In this document: positions 24,342 to 38,530 of the stretch, piece after piece
Layout of the letters: each line of letters begins with the position of its first letter
Position numbering within the stretch: the first letter of the stretch is position 1
Assembly: GCA_964270895.1 (NCBI GenBank)
Contig: OZ185437.1
Source of the DNA: Podarcis filfolensis
Lineage: Eukaryota
Length of the DNA: 64,000 bases
Direction: 5' to 3' (one strand)
Made by a program: the position numbers and the translations under genes
Notes under the pieces: generated by a model
What the model was told of the DNA's origin: nothing
The model's database searches: none
The model's input: only the letters and a program-made list of their open reading frames with translations

Positions 24342-27300
24342 GGGAAGCTCTCAGACCCTACATCTGTTCCAATGGACAAATTATTACTGATATGTAAACA
24401 TTCTCCCTAAAGATTCAGAGGAAGACCCTACAAGTATCACATCTGATTTGTCTGAATTAAGATTTCATTCTGACCATCTGACCACCACTTCCAAAAATTG
24501 ACTCAGAAAAGACAAAGCAGCTCTCTGGCATTTATTAACTGAAGCGCACACCTAGGTGTCAGCAGCATCTGAAAAACCCCCACTTGATTACCTCTCCCAG
24601 TGGTTTAATGTAAATGTTAAGTAGCATTGAAGTACCAACTCAAGAGGAACATCACAATCCAAATTCCAAGGAGTTGTGTTTGCTTCCACAATTACCATTC
24701 TTTGTGTCCTTCTGCCAAACGAGAGAGCGCCAGGAAAATTCAGCTGAAAACTGGAGACACTGTAACAAAATGAGAGTGATCCACCAAATCAGGATTGCAT
24801 CACCCCAAAATTCAACGTTGTGCCTGTGTTGAACAATTGTTGATAAGGAAGCCATCTGCTTCTTTCTTCAGCTGGAGTAGTTAATTCAGGACACAACATT
24901 GTGCAAGTGTGATGGGGGTTGTTTTCTCCCTCCCCCAGTGTGCATCACTTAGCATACATCAACACAGAATCTCATCTGCCATTGCTTTGTCTACTTGCCT
25001 AGTCTCATGAGACTTTTCTGACGCTTTCTATCATCCACCCACTCCTCTGGTTTGGGGGTGGGATGCTGGAACTGGAAACAAGCAGTAAATGTGAGACATT
25101 TCGTTTCACTCCTCATTATTCCCCAGTTGCTGTGGCAAAATCCCACATCTTGCCTGTGGCTAAATGTAAGAGAGAATATTATTCAGCACTCCAGCATGAA
25201 GCTCATAGTAGTGTGATATAACAACTTGCCACAATTCGCTATTTAGTGCATTTTCTGTTCAGTTTTAGCATGGGTTGCTCAGGTGAGGATCCCTAAAATG
25301 CACTCAGTGCTCCCCATTAAAATGCCAGTGAGTGTGTTATCCCACAACACGGACTTTTTAATTGGAGGACATCACAGGTTGGGGAAGTCAGTCCTTCTCT
25401 TATCCACAACTACATCAAAATATCTTTTCTAGCTTGCTTCTTCTTGGGATCTGGTGAACCTAATTGCCGTTACACTCTCTAACTTACTTTTCTACATTTC
25501 ACTGATTTCAATTAATCCAAATCTTCCAAGAGAGAAACACAAAATACTGCAGTACGCATTCCCAAATTAATGATCATCCCTTTTGAAAATGCATCTTCAT
25601 ATTATGGACAAAACAGAAAATGAATGTGGAAGTTTGGGGAGAGATTAATGTGCCTTCTTTGTAGATTGATACAGCAGTGATAGCCTCTAGGTATGTCGGC
25701 ATCTTTGTAAATTACTTCCAACATGAAAAGCCATTAATGTGCCTTTGCTCCTTACTTATTCAAGTCCATAATCATCTATTTCACTGTGTGCACCTTAGTA
25801 GAGCTCAGAAATGAGATTATCCTTCCAAGCAGAAACAACATCTTATATTCATGGTTTGCATGCTGGTGTTGAGTTTAACTTCTTCAGCCTCTTTTTCAGA
25901 AGTGTGTGTATCTGTGTATGTTGTTTGGGGGGCAGGGAGACTATTCTTACCCAGGAGGGAGGTGAATGTCTTACTTCTGGCAGCAGAATATGTCAACAGC
26001 TAACTTTTATTGTCTGCTATGTTTTGTCTTGTCTTGAAGAAAAGTGTTGGTGGTAGTGCATTAGATAGCAGGCATGGGTAAAATTTAGCACTTTGCTCTT
26101 TGGGTTTACAGAATTGGCTTGTGCGGAATAATGCAAAAAAAAGAAAAGGGTTGTTCAGGTATAAGTCAGTTATAGCAAGGACATGTTATTGTATGATAAT
26201 CACTTGGGAGTAAATAACACTAGTTATGGATCTTTCATATATTTAGTTAAGAAAATCGACTAACATAAATTATGGTACTATGTGGCATACGTTATAGGGT
26301 TTGTTTGGGCAAATTTATTTCTTATGTATAACCATGTTCAACTTGTAAGGACTGTTTCATATATTAACATTTTCCAGGTGAGAATGCATTTGTGGAGCTT
26401 TACATAGTTTCAAAGCTGCAATTTAGTACACAGCAGTGCCTCACATAAAGGAGAACTGTAATATGTGAAGTAGCCCCCAGTAATCCATCTGGCAGTTGCA
26501 CAAACCACACTACAAATAAGCTGTGAGTAATAAGAACAGCTAACTAATTGGACAGCAAAGATGCACAATGCAAAAAGATGCAAATTAGCTACCGATGATA
26601 AATGAGTTTATAATGATAAATGAGTTTTTAACAGAGGCACTATAGTTGCCTGGAGAGATTTAGCAAGGATTAATGTCAGTAAAACAACCTTGCAAAGCAT
26701 AAAGGGAATATTACTGGCAACATGATTTTAACAAGACTTTTTAACAAGACTTTTAAGGCAAAGCAAAAATGAAAAGAAAAACATCACAACCCAAAACATG
26801 TTTCAGCTGCTGCAGTTGAACAGTGCCCACTTTTCCCTCTAAGACTGCACCATGTTATTACTGATTTTCTGCTTTTATAATACTGTTTTACTGTTTTTTT
26901 ATGACATTGTTATTGTTTGTATGTTGTATTTTGAGATATTTTAAACTGGTAAGCAGTTTAGAAATGGCTTTAAAGAAATAAATAAAATAGGGCCAAGTAA
27001 GAAAACCACGTCCCAGGTTGCCTGTGAAAATTCCATAAAGCTTTATTAATCTGTTTCTGGAGCTTGGTGGTTAGTCCTAGAGTCTCAGGTTCATGCTCTC
27101 TTCCCTTGCTTCTCTCCAGCATCTGCTGCTGAAACCCGTTGCATGGCTGTAGGTGAGTGTTTATTGCTGTATCAACACTGCAGTCACGGTTTTGCACTAG
27201 AGGTCATTCAAAGGATGCATTGGTCTGATTGCTGATTGCGTGTTGTACTTGCAGAGGGATCTTCTCAGGTACCTCTAAGCTATCCTTACCAAACACAGTC

Positions 27301-29407
27301 AAGTAGTTCTATCCTACATATATTTTCGGGTAGCTATGCTTGCCCATCAGATTCTTCACATCACATAGGAAGAGACTGGGGACTTCAATTTCCAAAGAGT
27401 TTAGAAAAATAAGAGTCACATAAAGTACCTTGTTTCAGAAAGAGGAAGTAATGAGGCAGTAGGTGGTGCAACAGAGTCAATTTTGGGGAAAGGGTGCCAT
27501 TCCTTTATGTACACAGTAGCACCAGAGAAAAGTTTGAGCTACACAATTAAAATCTCAAAAGCTAAGGCTGCTTCCACACTGCTGCCTTTTAATGTTGCTG
27601 CAAAGTTGCTGATCCTTTCTTAGGTGGAAATGGAATTAAAATGAGGATTCCATATGGCACTTAACAGAGCACTATTTTCTGCATCAGAATATGCCATATC
27701 ACAAAGGAAGACTTCCTGAGGGTTCTTTTGTTATCAGGGGTTATCAGGGGTTCCAGCTGCAAGAAGGCTTCTAAGCACATTCAAGCATGCATAGAAACCC
27801 CCTTTAGTGTTTCCTGCTCCAAGTAGGAAGGTTGGGGATAGAATGAGCAGGAACGACACATACTGTACACAGATTTAGGATGGGGCTGGTGAATGCATCC
27901 CTGTGTTGTCCCCACCCTACCCCGAATTTGTCAAGCCACATAGAATAATGCCTGAGCAAGGCTATGTTTACATTTTTTTATCAATGGTAAATCAAAAGAG
28001 CTACTAAATCTCTGATGATCATGATGAAATGAAATCCATGTGACAAAAAGAGATACCATTGTTCTGGGATTGCACATCCCTCTTATTATAGGTTTCAAAT
28101 GTTAGCTAAGCAGTTCACACTTTAAAACAATAGGGTTTCCCCCCCTGTATACACAAGCACATTTGCATTTCCTGTAAATCTCGTTTTTTTCTTAATCTCA
28201 GGACCAAACAAGATGTCATGTGGGAGATTTCTGATTGGATCTTTCAGTGTAATTTTCTTCTTCCAAAAACAGGCATATCTCATCCCCTATTAGGATCAGG
28301 ACTGCAGGGGGAGGGGAACCCATTTCTCCCAACTACCCCACTGTGCTGTGCCCCCTGCCACAACCCTGAGCTGCTGCTGTCCATGCAAGGAAAAGCAGTC
28401 ACAATATGGCACCTTTCTGGTTTTACCTCTGTGCTACAGCCCTGATCCACACTTCCCCCTCTCTGTGGCTGCTTTTAGAAAAAGAAAATTATGCTGGGAG
28501 TGTCATTCACTCATTTCTATCTGAATATATAACTTCGCCCTCCAGATATTCTAAAGAAGAAGAAAAACCAGACTATCATGGAGTCCCATTATAAAACATA
28601 ATTGAGACAATAACCCCAAATATCTGAACATAATCATCTGATTTAATTCTGGGCTCTTGCATGGCCCTACAAATGAAATCTTCTAACTAGAATTTCCTGC
28701 TTATACAGACATTAGCTCACAGGTCTTTGATATTGATAGGCCTTAAAACATGACACTGTCTAGAATGTTTTGGGTTTGTTTGGGTTTTGTTAAAGCAGAG
28801 CAATATAGGATTTTAAAGTAAAACTTGAATGAAGCTTTTAGCTGCTTTTTTTTAAAAAAACCCAAACGCCTCTGCTGCTGTGCTTAACTAGATAACGATC
28901 AAGTGCTCTTCAAAGCTGCACAGGCAACATTTTGGACAGGCTCACTTTTTGCAGCTATTAAAATATACAGCTATTATGTACAAAAAAAGCACAGAAAAAC
29001 AGAGCGGCAGAGCCTTGTGGAAACCCTGATCCACTGATGTTACTGACTCAAGACAAGGATGGAGCAGGCTGCAGTGACCCAAAAGGCAGAATGTCAAGTG
29101 TTCAAGAGAAAGCTCTTTACTTGCCGGTTTGGCCCTTCATGTACTCCATCCTGGTCTTAGAAGAGTTGTGGGTGGGTTCGGGGGAGCAAGTCGTGTCTTA
29201 TCCAAGTGGTCAGGAGGGGAAACTGGCCCTGCCTCACCCTTGGTGAGGTTGGGGCTTGGTACCTGCAGTGTATGGTAAATAAATAAAAAAGTAAGTAAAT
29301 GAAGTATACACTGGAGAAATCAGCATGGACAAGAGAAAGATCTGAGCCAAATGTTGTGCCCAAATCTTCACCTGCTTCATAGGCAAGCTGTGCCCCAATC
29401 TCCAGTA

Positions 29408-29760
29408 AAGGTAAAGGGACCCCTGAGCATTAGGTCCAGTCGTGACCAACTCTGGAGTTGTGGTGCTCATCTCGCTTTATTGGCTGAGGGAGCCGGTGTA
29501 CAGCTTCCGGGTCATGAGGCCAGCATGACTAAGCCACTTCTGGTGAACCAGAGCAGCACACGGAAACGCCGTTTACCTTCCCGCCGGAGTGGTACCTATT
29601 TATCTACTTGCACTTTGACGTGCTTTCGAACTGCTAGGTTGGCAGGAGCAGAGACCGAGCAACGGGAGCTCACCCCGTCGCGGGGATTCGAACCACCGAC
29701 CTTCTGATCGGCAAGTCCTAGGCTCTGTGGTTTAACCCACAGCGCCACCCGCGTCCCCCC
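29408..29760 (+). mobile_element. Sauria SINE, full length, young
   Basis: Complete head and tail; 15-bp TSD CCCCAATCTCCAGTA (29393-29407 / 29761-29775). Confidence 0.96.
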
Positions 29761-29931
29761 CCCCAATCTCCAGTACTGTATTGTAAATACTGACATTCCA
29801 AATTCCGCTTTGCCTTTCACAGCCTGATTGCTTGTGTTGCATGAGCATTCTGTTGAATAATATTAGGACTTTGAGAGCATGGCTGAAATTTCCGTCCTTA
29901 GGTAAATTGGGATGGAGAGTACTAGCTCTAG

Positions 29932-30369
29932 TGAAAGATAGGCTGCAAGAAAGTTGCAGGAGCCCCTAAAATTAAGCCTGCCTTTCCCCACCCACTGGGC
30001 TGGATTCATGACATCCAAGGATAGAGAACAATAGGCCAAGTGAGGTGGGGGTTGTGTGTGTGTGTATGAGAGAGAGAGAGAGAGGGAGGGAGGGAGGGGG
30101 AGAGAGAGTGTGTCTGGCTGATGCTGGAGGCTGAATCCACAGAGGCTTGTCTTGCTGTGTGCTGGACCCAGAGCTGTGTCTTGAAGAACTCACTAGGAAC
30201 CTAATGAGAAGGTTAATGTTAATGCTATGAGCCCCTTCACCCTATATTCATGTTGCATATATGAGTAAATAAAAACATATACAGTATCCTAAAGACACCA
30301 CAGTCTGCATTGACCTTCATTCCAAGGAAACTGAACCCTGAATATGCACTGGATCCCTAGAGTCTCTCA
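29932..30369 (+). mobile_element. Solo-LTR-like element
   Basis: TGAAAGA...TCTCTCA imperfect terminal inverted ends; AATAAA near 30268; internal GT/GA repeats. TSD not matched. Confidence 0.4.
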
Positions 30370-32876
30370 CCAAAGATTGTGGTGTGTGCAGCAGATTTTT
30401 GCACCTACCACATGAAAAATACACTTTTCAAATTCTTTTCTAGCCATCAAGTCCTGTGGTAGTTTAAAATGTATCTGGCAAAGAAATTTGGATTCATGCC
30501 TGCTATGAGGAATAAACATTTTAAAATACAATTCCGTTTTGCCACTATTGTGTACTGAAGCTGTTCTTGTTGAGATTGTCTTCATAGAGAGAAAAATGAT
30601 TAAGTGTGTTGGAATCATGTTCTGGGAATGACAGAAAAGCTTTGCAGGTACAATTATCTTGGGTCCAGAAAAAGGCAAATGGCATAATGAAATCTGCTGT
30701 AAAAATAAGCTGTCTGAATCAGTAAATCATAGTTGGGAAAATGTGGGACAAACTAATGGGCATTTTCTCAGCCAAGGGTTATGTAAGTTCAGACAAATTC
30801 TTCATGCTTTTCTGTGAAGTTTGAGAAACAGATACTACACAAGGATTTCAACAGCAGTGTAATGTCTCAATCAAATGTTCCCAATCAAAAGGCAGAAAAC
30901 GAACAACTAGTTTCTGATACCAGCTCATCCAACATTACAAACATTCTGTGTGGTTTTTTTAAGGAGGCAGAGGATAGAAAATGATGCCATCATTTGAATG
31001 TAACTCATTTCTATCCTCGCTCACTGTATCTTAAATATATTAACCTTTCATGTTACAAAGGAAGGGTTTTTAAGAGAATAGCAATTAACTTCTGTGTGCA
31101 CAAGTGTGCCCATGGATGCCATGTTAGCAGAACTTGCAGGATGGGTGAATCATATTGGAATAATGACTTACAGTTTCTGGAGTTCAGCGACTTTATTCAT
31201 TCAGAAACTATTTACAGGATGAGTGGAGATGAGAGAGAGAAACTGCAAACATCTTGTCTGGAGAAAAGATCAAATAAAACGGCTCAGCTTTTAGGGGTGA
31301 ACTTAGACATAGAACTCAAGAGAAGGAAATGTATTAGCTTTTCTCCAGCATGTCATGTTGGCAATTCCTGAAACCAATCAGTAGGTAGTTGTGCTTGTTT
31401 AGCCATCTGCTCAAGGTCGAGGCGCAGGAAGTAGGGATGAAACTTCAAAAAACAGGAGCTCATCATCCTGAAGAAAATCAGTGTTGTGCTCTGATTCCTC
31501 TCTCTCTTCATCTTGTTGTATCTTATTTCTTTTCAAAACTCTCTAGTCCCTAAGACTACTTACATATGGATTTCTTCTTTAATTTAGGTGAACATATTGA
31601 AATGTCTTGAATTCCAAAAATAGGAACTGTCTGGTAATGCCAGTTATGGCTTTGGATTTATCCCTGGGCACAAGGTAGCATGGTCTCATTGCTGGGTAAC
31701 AGAATAGTTGACAGGAATGTTTGCAGTATGAATTGGATTGACTTCAATCCAGATCAATAATGTTGCGATCCCAGTTTTAAATCCCAGCATCTATGTTTTT
31801 ATTTGGGCTTTGAGGAACCAAGGTTATTACATGTAGTTCAAAATGTCAATGCACAAAAAAAATTAAACATGCAGTGACTGGAATGCATTCTCATATATAT
31901 CTGGATCTGAACTACCTTTAGACCTGAATGTGATGTTGTTGAATGAATATGTGATTACAGAATAGACCTTTCAGCTTGGCTGTAATACAAGTCTCTAGAT
32001 AACTGATTGTACATGAAAGTATAACTAGAAAAGAATTGTAGTGATAAATTACCGGTGGGTTTAATTGTTCTGTTTTATTGCTAGTAATGGGCAGAAGAAT
32101 TTGCTTCAGCAAGCCCCTTTTCAAGTACAGAGAGAATGGTCTGAGCGCTTTTGAGACCAGATGATGTACTGAGCAGCTTCTGAATTTTGCAGTGGTGGAA
32201 TATGCAATTCCATCTTACTTGCAGTGTTGAACAGGACAATCTTTGCCCAAGCATGAGCATTTAAAGGAACATATTAAGCTTGTTCTTTATATATATATTT
32301 ACAGTTGCAGTAATAATTTGAATTATTTATTTCATAAAATTGATATACTGATTGATTGTGGGAATGGGGAAACACAAAGAGGTAAAAACTTCAAAGTACA
32401 ACATGCCAGGCAACCACTGGGTAACACTAGGTGAATTGGCTTCTGTTAATTCTTCAGACAGTTCAGGACTTAAAAGTAATTCTCAAACTTCCAAGAAAAA
32501 GCACAATCTTAGCTACATTTTTCACTTCTCTAATCTAACATTTTGCATATGCCACAGCAATAAACAATGATACCTAATAAGTAACAAATTTATGCTCCCT
32601 AAACTTTACATTTGCTATATGTATTATGCCACTATGTATAGATGAAATAATTTTGGCGCAACACTATTTTTAGCAACACATTTTTTATGTAATTCTCCAG
32701 CTTTGCTAATATGATAATCAGGTTTCTCTTTCCTTTTGTCCTTGATCTTACACAGGATCCATGTGTTTTGCATAGTGCTGAGTAACAGTCAGGTTCTACA
32801 GTTTTTAAAAATAGGGAATGACCATTATACTTCTTCTCCCCCCCCCAGTAGCCCTTGGTGCAACCTGAAATTTCTT

Positions 32877-33293
32877 TCTTTTTTTTTTATAATATTTTTA
32901 TTTTTTCCATATAAACACAACACAACAAACATAAACATACAAAGACAAAAACAGAACAAAAAACATGTATCATTTCATATCCTAATTTCATATACCTTTC
33001 TTCCCCGACTTCCTCATGCCTCCCCTTTCTGTATTCCAAATTCTTATCGATTGTTCAGCAAATCTTCCCTTATTTTAATTTAAATTTAGACTATTCTTCC
33101 TTATTCTCCTTGTCTTAACCATTGCTAATAGTAACCATTTACTTTCCAGTCCAACATCATTCTAACTTTCATTAACTTTGTAATATTTCTTTAAATAGTC
33201 CTTGAATTTTTTCCATTCTTCTTGCGCTGCCTCTCTTCCCTGGTTTCGGATTCTGCTCGTCATTTCTGCCAAGCCCATGTAGTCTATCACCTT
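32877..33293 (-). mobile_element. 5'-truncated L1 (ORF2 C-terminus, 3' UTR, poly(A))
   Basis: 16-bp TSD CAACCTGAAATTTCTT (32861-32876 / 33294-33309); minus-strand translation KVIDYMGLAEMTSRIRNQGREAAQEEWKKFKDYLKK; T-rich end. Confidence 0.9.
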
Positions 33294-34251
33294 CAACCTG
33301 AAATTTCTTAGTATGCCCATAGTATGCTCCAATCAATACACCCAGCACAGTCCAGTTGAATTAAATCTGCAAAACAGTTACTGCATTCATAAGAAGCCAT
33401 GACAAATGTCAAAGGCCTGAAGTCTGCAAGTCTGTAAAGGGCCATACACCTTTGTAAGGCTGTAATAAAATGCAGGACTTTGGGCTTTGCCATTGTGCCC
33501 AGCTCCCTCCTTCCTTTTCCGCTTTGAAGGAGCTCTAGAAAACTCTACATTACTTGATCCTAATAAAAATATCACCATACTGGGGCTTTGGGTTTTTAGT
33601 TATGTCATGCTATGGAGACCCTTGAGGTCTTTATCCAGGTCCTTGAAATGTTTGCATTCAAGACAGCATTTTATATTTTTTATTATTCTGCCTTGCACAT
33701 GTATCTGAGTGATACACCCCTCAGTACTGCAGCCTGTAAGCTATTTTCAGGTACTTCTGGGTCATAAGATTCAGTGCCTGTCTAGGAAGCAGAGCCTCTT
33801 TTTGCTTCAAGATTCCACAACAACAGTCTCCTTAAAGTCTTAAGAGGCATGTCACTTGAATTAGAAAAATGGTAAGCCCTCATATTCTATTCTACCGGAG
33901 CATTATAAGTGCTCATGCTATTTTCACTAGAGAGAACACTTGAAAACAGAATTGTTTAAGATAAAAGTCAAGGGCTGATAAAAGATAAGAAGAGATTTTG
34001 TGCCTCTGATAGAACGGCTTCTAAAGATGAAAGGAGCAGAGAAAGCTGATATCTCGATAGCCCTGCAATGTGTCAGATTAACGGGCCCAGCTGTGGTCTG
34101 AAGAAACTATTTGTCTGAGAGCTGGTGGGGTGAGCAGGTTGAAAGCCACTGTAGTTAATAATGCCAACTGCCAAGGCACCAACCTGTAGAAGAGTTTTAG
34201 CAGCAAATACACACACTTTGTATAATGGAAGTATGGTACATCTATACTACA

Positions 34252-34572
34252 CAGGACGCGGGTGGCGCTGTGGTCTAAACCACAGAGCCTAGGGCTTGCC
34301 AATCAGAAGGTCAGCAGTTCGAATCCCTGCGACAGGGTGAACTCCCATTGCTCGGTCCCTGCTCCTGCCAACCTAGCAGTTTGAAAGCACGTGCAAGTAG
34401 ATAAATAGGTACCACTCTGGCGGGAAGGTAAACGGCGTTTCCGTGTGCTGCTCTGGTTCGCCAGAAGTGGCTTAGTCATGCTGGTCACTTCCTTGGCCAA
34501 TAAAGCGAGATGAACAGTGCAACCCCAGAGTCGTCCGCAACTGAACCTAACGGTCAGGGGTCCCTTTACCTT
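34252..34572 (-). mobile_element. Sauria SINE
   Basis: 15-bp TSD TACATCTATACTACA (34237-34251 / 34573-34587); head and tail motifs present. Confidence 0.95.
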
Positions 34573-35739
34573 TACATCTATACTACAGTATAATATCTTA
34601 TATAATGTAGAACAGCAGCATATTTCAAGAAAGATCTCAGGCCTCTGGGGGGCCTGATCCAGGGACAGCCAGATAAAAGTAGGAGACAGAAGGTCACTTG
34701 CCCTGGTCTGTTGCTTGGGTCATGGAGGAGAAACATGTTGTGCAGGCCAAGACTCTGAGTGTAGGTAAGGTCTGGAACTTCTCAGCAGGCAGCCAAGAAA
34801 AACATGGAAGAGTGGAGGTCTGCTCAAGGCATTGCAGTCAATCAGCTCTCTGGGGAGCAGGTGTTGATATTTTGCTGGATGAGTTTTAGTCAACAGTGTT
34901 CAGTGACATTCTATGTGGTGGAGTTCAGTGGAGTAGTCTATGTCAGGTTTCTGCTTGGGTGCAGACTTCCTGTTCTGCCTCCTTTATGCTGTTGTACTAC
35001 ATTTGCATCTAATTCAGTGGTTAAGCATTTTTATAGCAACATTACTGTTTCTCATGAGAGACCAAAAAGTTGAAACTTTTTTTTACATATCCAAAAGTTA
35101 GACATAAAACTTCTTTTCATCCTTAAGCCAACCACCAGGTCCAGCTTCTGAGACATAGCCCCTTCCTTCTCTCTTTAATAAGAAGTTGTTTTACGCAGGG
35201 AAAATTTCATCCCTGGGCAATAATAATGTACTGCTTGTGAACATTTGATACTTGGGAACATATAAAAACATGCTGCTGTTTTCAGGGTGACTTTAACTCT
35301 GTTGCTTTGCAAAGCCTAGAGCTACAACTCATTCAACCAAATTTTAAACTGCAAGACAGACATGGTTCCAAATGTTTCTCAACTCAAGCTGTGTTCAGAA
35401 TATAAGTTGTCAGCCAGAAGCTATAGGGAAGCTCTATCTTTATTTGTTTGTGCATGTTTGAACTTCTTGAACATTGTGTGAATGTAGTTCACGCCAAAGA
35501 AGACAAGAGTCAGAAGCATATAGTTCTGAAATAAATAAATAAAGCCAATATTTTCATAGTCATTATAATAAACTGGTTATAGTCATTCTATTAGGTATGC
35601 GTTTGTCACCCCATTAGATATTTTTGTTTATTTATATAACCATTTCTATCCTGCCCATCTAATGCTCACATACCACTTACAGTCTTGTAAGGATTGCTTA
35701 ATGAGTGGAACTACAAATGAACATTGACTGCCAATTGTA

Positions 35740-35875
35740 CTGTAGGGTTTAGACAGAATGGATACGGGAAGACTGGGGTTCAAATCCTGACCGAAACCAT
35801 GACACTCACAAGGTGACCTTGGATACTGTGTCTCAGCCTACCTGCCTCACAAGGTTGCTGTGAGGATTTAAGGGG
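35740..35875 (+). mobile_element. Old tRNA/CORE SINE remnant
   Basis: GGGGTTCAAATCC box B; GTGACCTTGG and TCTCAGCCTACCTGCCTCACAAGGTTGCTGTGAGGAT CORE-like sequence. Confidence 0.65.
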
Positions 35876-36214
35876 AGATCTTTGACCAAGTCAGAGGAGT
35901 TCATTTTTTTGTTATAAGTACTTTATGCTCGCAGAAATCTAAGCACAGCTTAGTTAAGAAAGCACAATATTGGCTTCATATTTGTTTCTGTGTGTCTTTA
36001 GGAGGTTTCACATTAAGGTCTCTTAGCTTAAACACTAAAGTGTGTCTGCTCACGTTGTTTGCCCACCCCTTCCCTTAGACCACCCCACCCCTAAAAACCT
36101 CCTGAAACCCTCCTCCTCCCCATAGTCCAGGCAGGATGAACAGCCAGCCCACATGTGGCAATGAGAAGCCTGGTTTTCCTGACCATTCACTTCTGTCACT
36201 GTAGTTAATCAGTA

Positions 36215-36429
36215 TAGAGGTACCGTGGGTTAAGAACTTAATTTGTTATGGAGATCCGTTCTTAACCTGAAACTGTTCTTAACCTGAGGTACCACTTTAG
36301 CTAATGGGGCCTCCTGCTGCCGTCGCTTGATTTCTGTTCTCATCCTGAAGCAAAGTTCTTAACCCGAGATACTATTTCTGGGTTAGTGGAGTCTGTAACC
36401 TGAAGCGTCTGTAACCTGAGGTACCACTG
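36215..36429 (-). mobile_element. Tc1/mariner (Tigger-like) MITE
   Basis: Terminal GAGGTACCACTG, TA at both ends; inverted homologue of 61538-61779. Confidence 0.85.
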
Positions 36430-38236
36430 TACAGGGAGCAGGCCAGGGAAGGGGGTGAAGCACAGCCTAGGGACTCTGGGGGTGTAACTGTCGGAATCAA
36501 GCCTTCAGTCAGAGGAATTGGCCACTCTCCAGGTGCCCGGCTTGGATTCCTTGTTGATCTCCCCCGTCAGCGACTCCCGGCAAGACAAGGCGAGATCCCG
36601 GCGATCCTCCTCAAAACGTGAGAAGAACACACCATTCCCTCCTCCCATCCCCAGGGAGGGGAGAGAGACAGACAGAAATGTATTTACATGCCTTTATTTC
36701 TGTCTTTCCAGCAGTACAGAGAAAACGTGTCTGCACTCTCTCAACACCAACAGCAGAGAGAGAATAACTCCTCCCATGTACTTCCAGTACAGGGTCATGT
36801 GACACTCTGAGCTAACATCCGGTGCTCAGTGCACATAATAGACTGTCCCTTGTTCCCACGGTACAGTCCCAAAACATCAACATCCTGTTTGGCTTTCCAG
36901 CCATCTGGAGCACTCAGCTGCAGCATTGCTCCTTTTTCGTAACAGTAACTTCAGGCTCAGTTGCTGCACCCAAGGTGCACTCCCTTACCTCGCTTGTTGC
37001 TGACTCACATGTGCACTTGAGATGTGGTGGCAGCGGCAGCAGTAGCAGATCTGCAGGCCAGCTGACCACCATTCGTGGCCATCTTCCTCATCACCACACT
37101 GATCTTACTGCATTCCAGTGGTCTCCATTGTTCCTTAGTGTCAAAATAAAATAAAAGCTAATCTTTAAAAACCAAAAGATTGGACTGAACACCAACCTCT
37201 TAGGCCAGCAAACAGCTGTGAACTGGCACAAAAGAGGTGAGAGGTGTTGCCCACCTTTGAAGTGAGGGGTGTCCTTTGGGAAATATTTTGATGCCCTGAA
37301 AGCCCCCTTTTCATGTTTCGTATGTTAACTTACTGAGCATTTGGTTTCATCCTCGTAATAATACCTTCTGACTGTCCCCAAACCTATTGGGAAAGGGCAA
37401 GGATGTCAACTCCTCCTCAGGAAAGTTTCAAATTAGCTTGTTAAAGAGATCAGGAAGCGAAAGCCTGAGGGACTGGCTTAGACATTGTGGGGGAATACAC
37501 TGACAGAGATGACAGATAATTAAGAAGTTAAGACTGATATTCCCTCTAGAATGAGAGCTTCTTTCAAGTCATAAATCTCTGAATATGGAAGCTAATGAGC
37601 TATCTACATCCAGAAGTGTGTAGAAAAAAACAAAACCCCTGAACAGTTTTTTTTTAAAATAAAAGAACCCCTGAGAAACAGTTTTACAATGAGTTCAGTA
37701 ATGAAGGAATCTGCAGAAGGTGAAGAAAAGGCTCACACAAAAGGAATTGTATTTTGTGTGAAAACAATCACACAAGGAAGGAAATATCCTTAGTTATGCC
37801 AAAAGATTAGTGCAGAGGTTATGTCACCAAGGAAGGATAACACATTCATTAAAGGCGTACATGGAACACTGGGAGTTGCTCTCAGTTATGATGCAAAGCC
37901 ATATTAGCATTTCCACACTTCTGAATTGGCTCTTGCTCTTTCCCTGTAAGCATGTGACTGGGCTCACTGGCTTTTCAGCAGTTTTTGTGCCTTCTTGTAG
38001 TCTTGCAAACAGTTGGCAAAGGTGCGGTTACACACCTTCTGCTATGTTTTACCCCCATCTTTTCCCATCTGGCGGCACCCTCCATGATCCATGATGCCCT
38101 TGGTCACTGAAGTGGCAATTGTTGCCTTACTCTTACTCCCTTGATACAGATTGAGTAGAAAAGGGATTTCCCACTACTCCTGTGCCACTGGGCTCCTTTG
38201 GTGAGTTATAAATTTAACAATCAGTCAATACTGTCT

Positions 38237-38530
38237 CAGACCCTCCAAGTGTCCCTATTTTCCAGGGACGTTCCTGATTTACAGAAGCTGTCCTGGTTTC
38301 TGATTTGATCCTGGAATGTCCCACTTTTCCTTAGGATGTCCCTATTTTCACTGGAGAAATGTTGGAGGGTATGGAGTTATCTGACCACCGAGCTGTCTGA
38401 AGGCAATCCTGTATAGGAAAGTGTTTTTCAAAAATGTTTAATGTTTTATTATGTTTTTATATATGTTGGAAGCTGCCCAGAGTGGCTGGCGCAATCCAGG
38501 AATATGTGTGGGGTATAAATAGTAAAATTA
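38237..38530 (+). mobile_element. Chimeric repeat: TIR-bounded MITE (CAGACCCTCCAA...TTGGAGGGTATG) followed by an L2 3' tail
   Basis: TIR pair visible; followed by GAAGGCAATCCTGTATAGG...GCCCAGAGTGGCTGG...GGGTATAAAT; same junction at 55553-55879. Confidence 0.7.
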
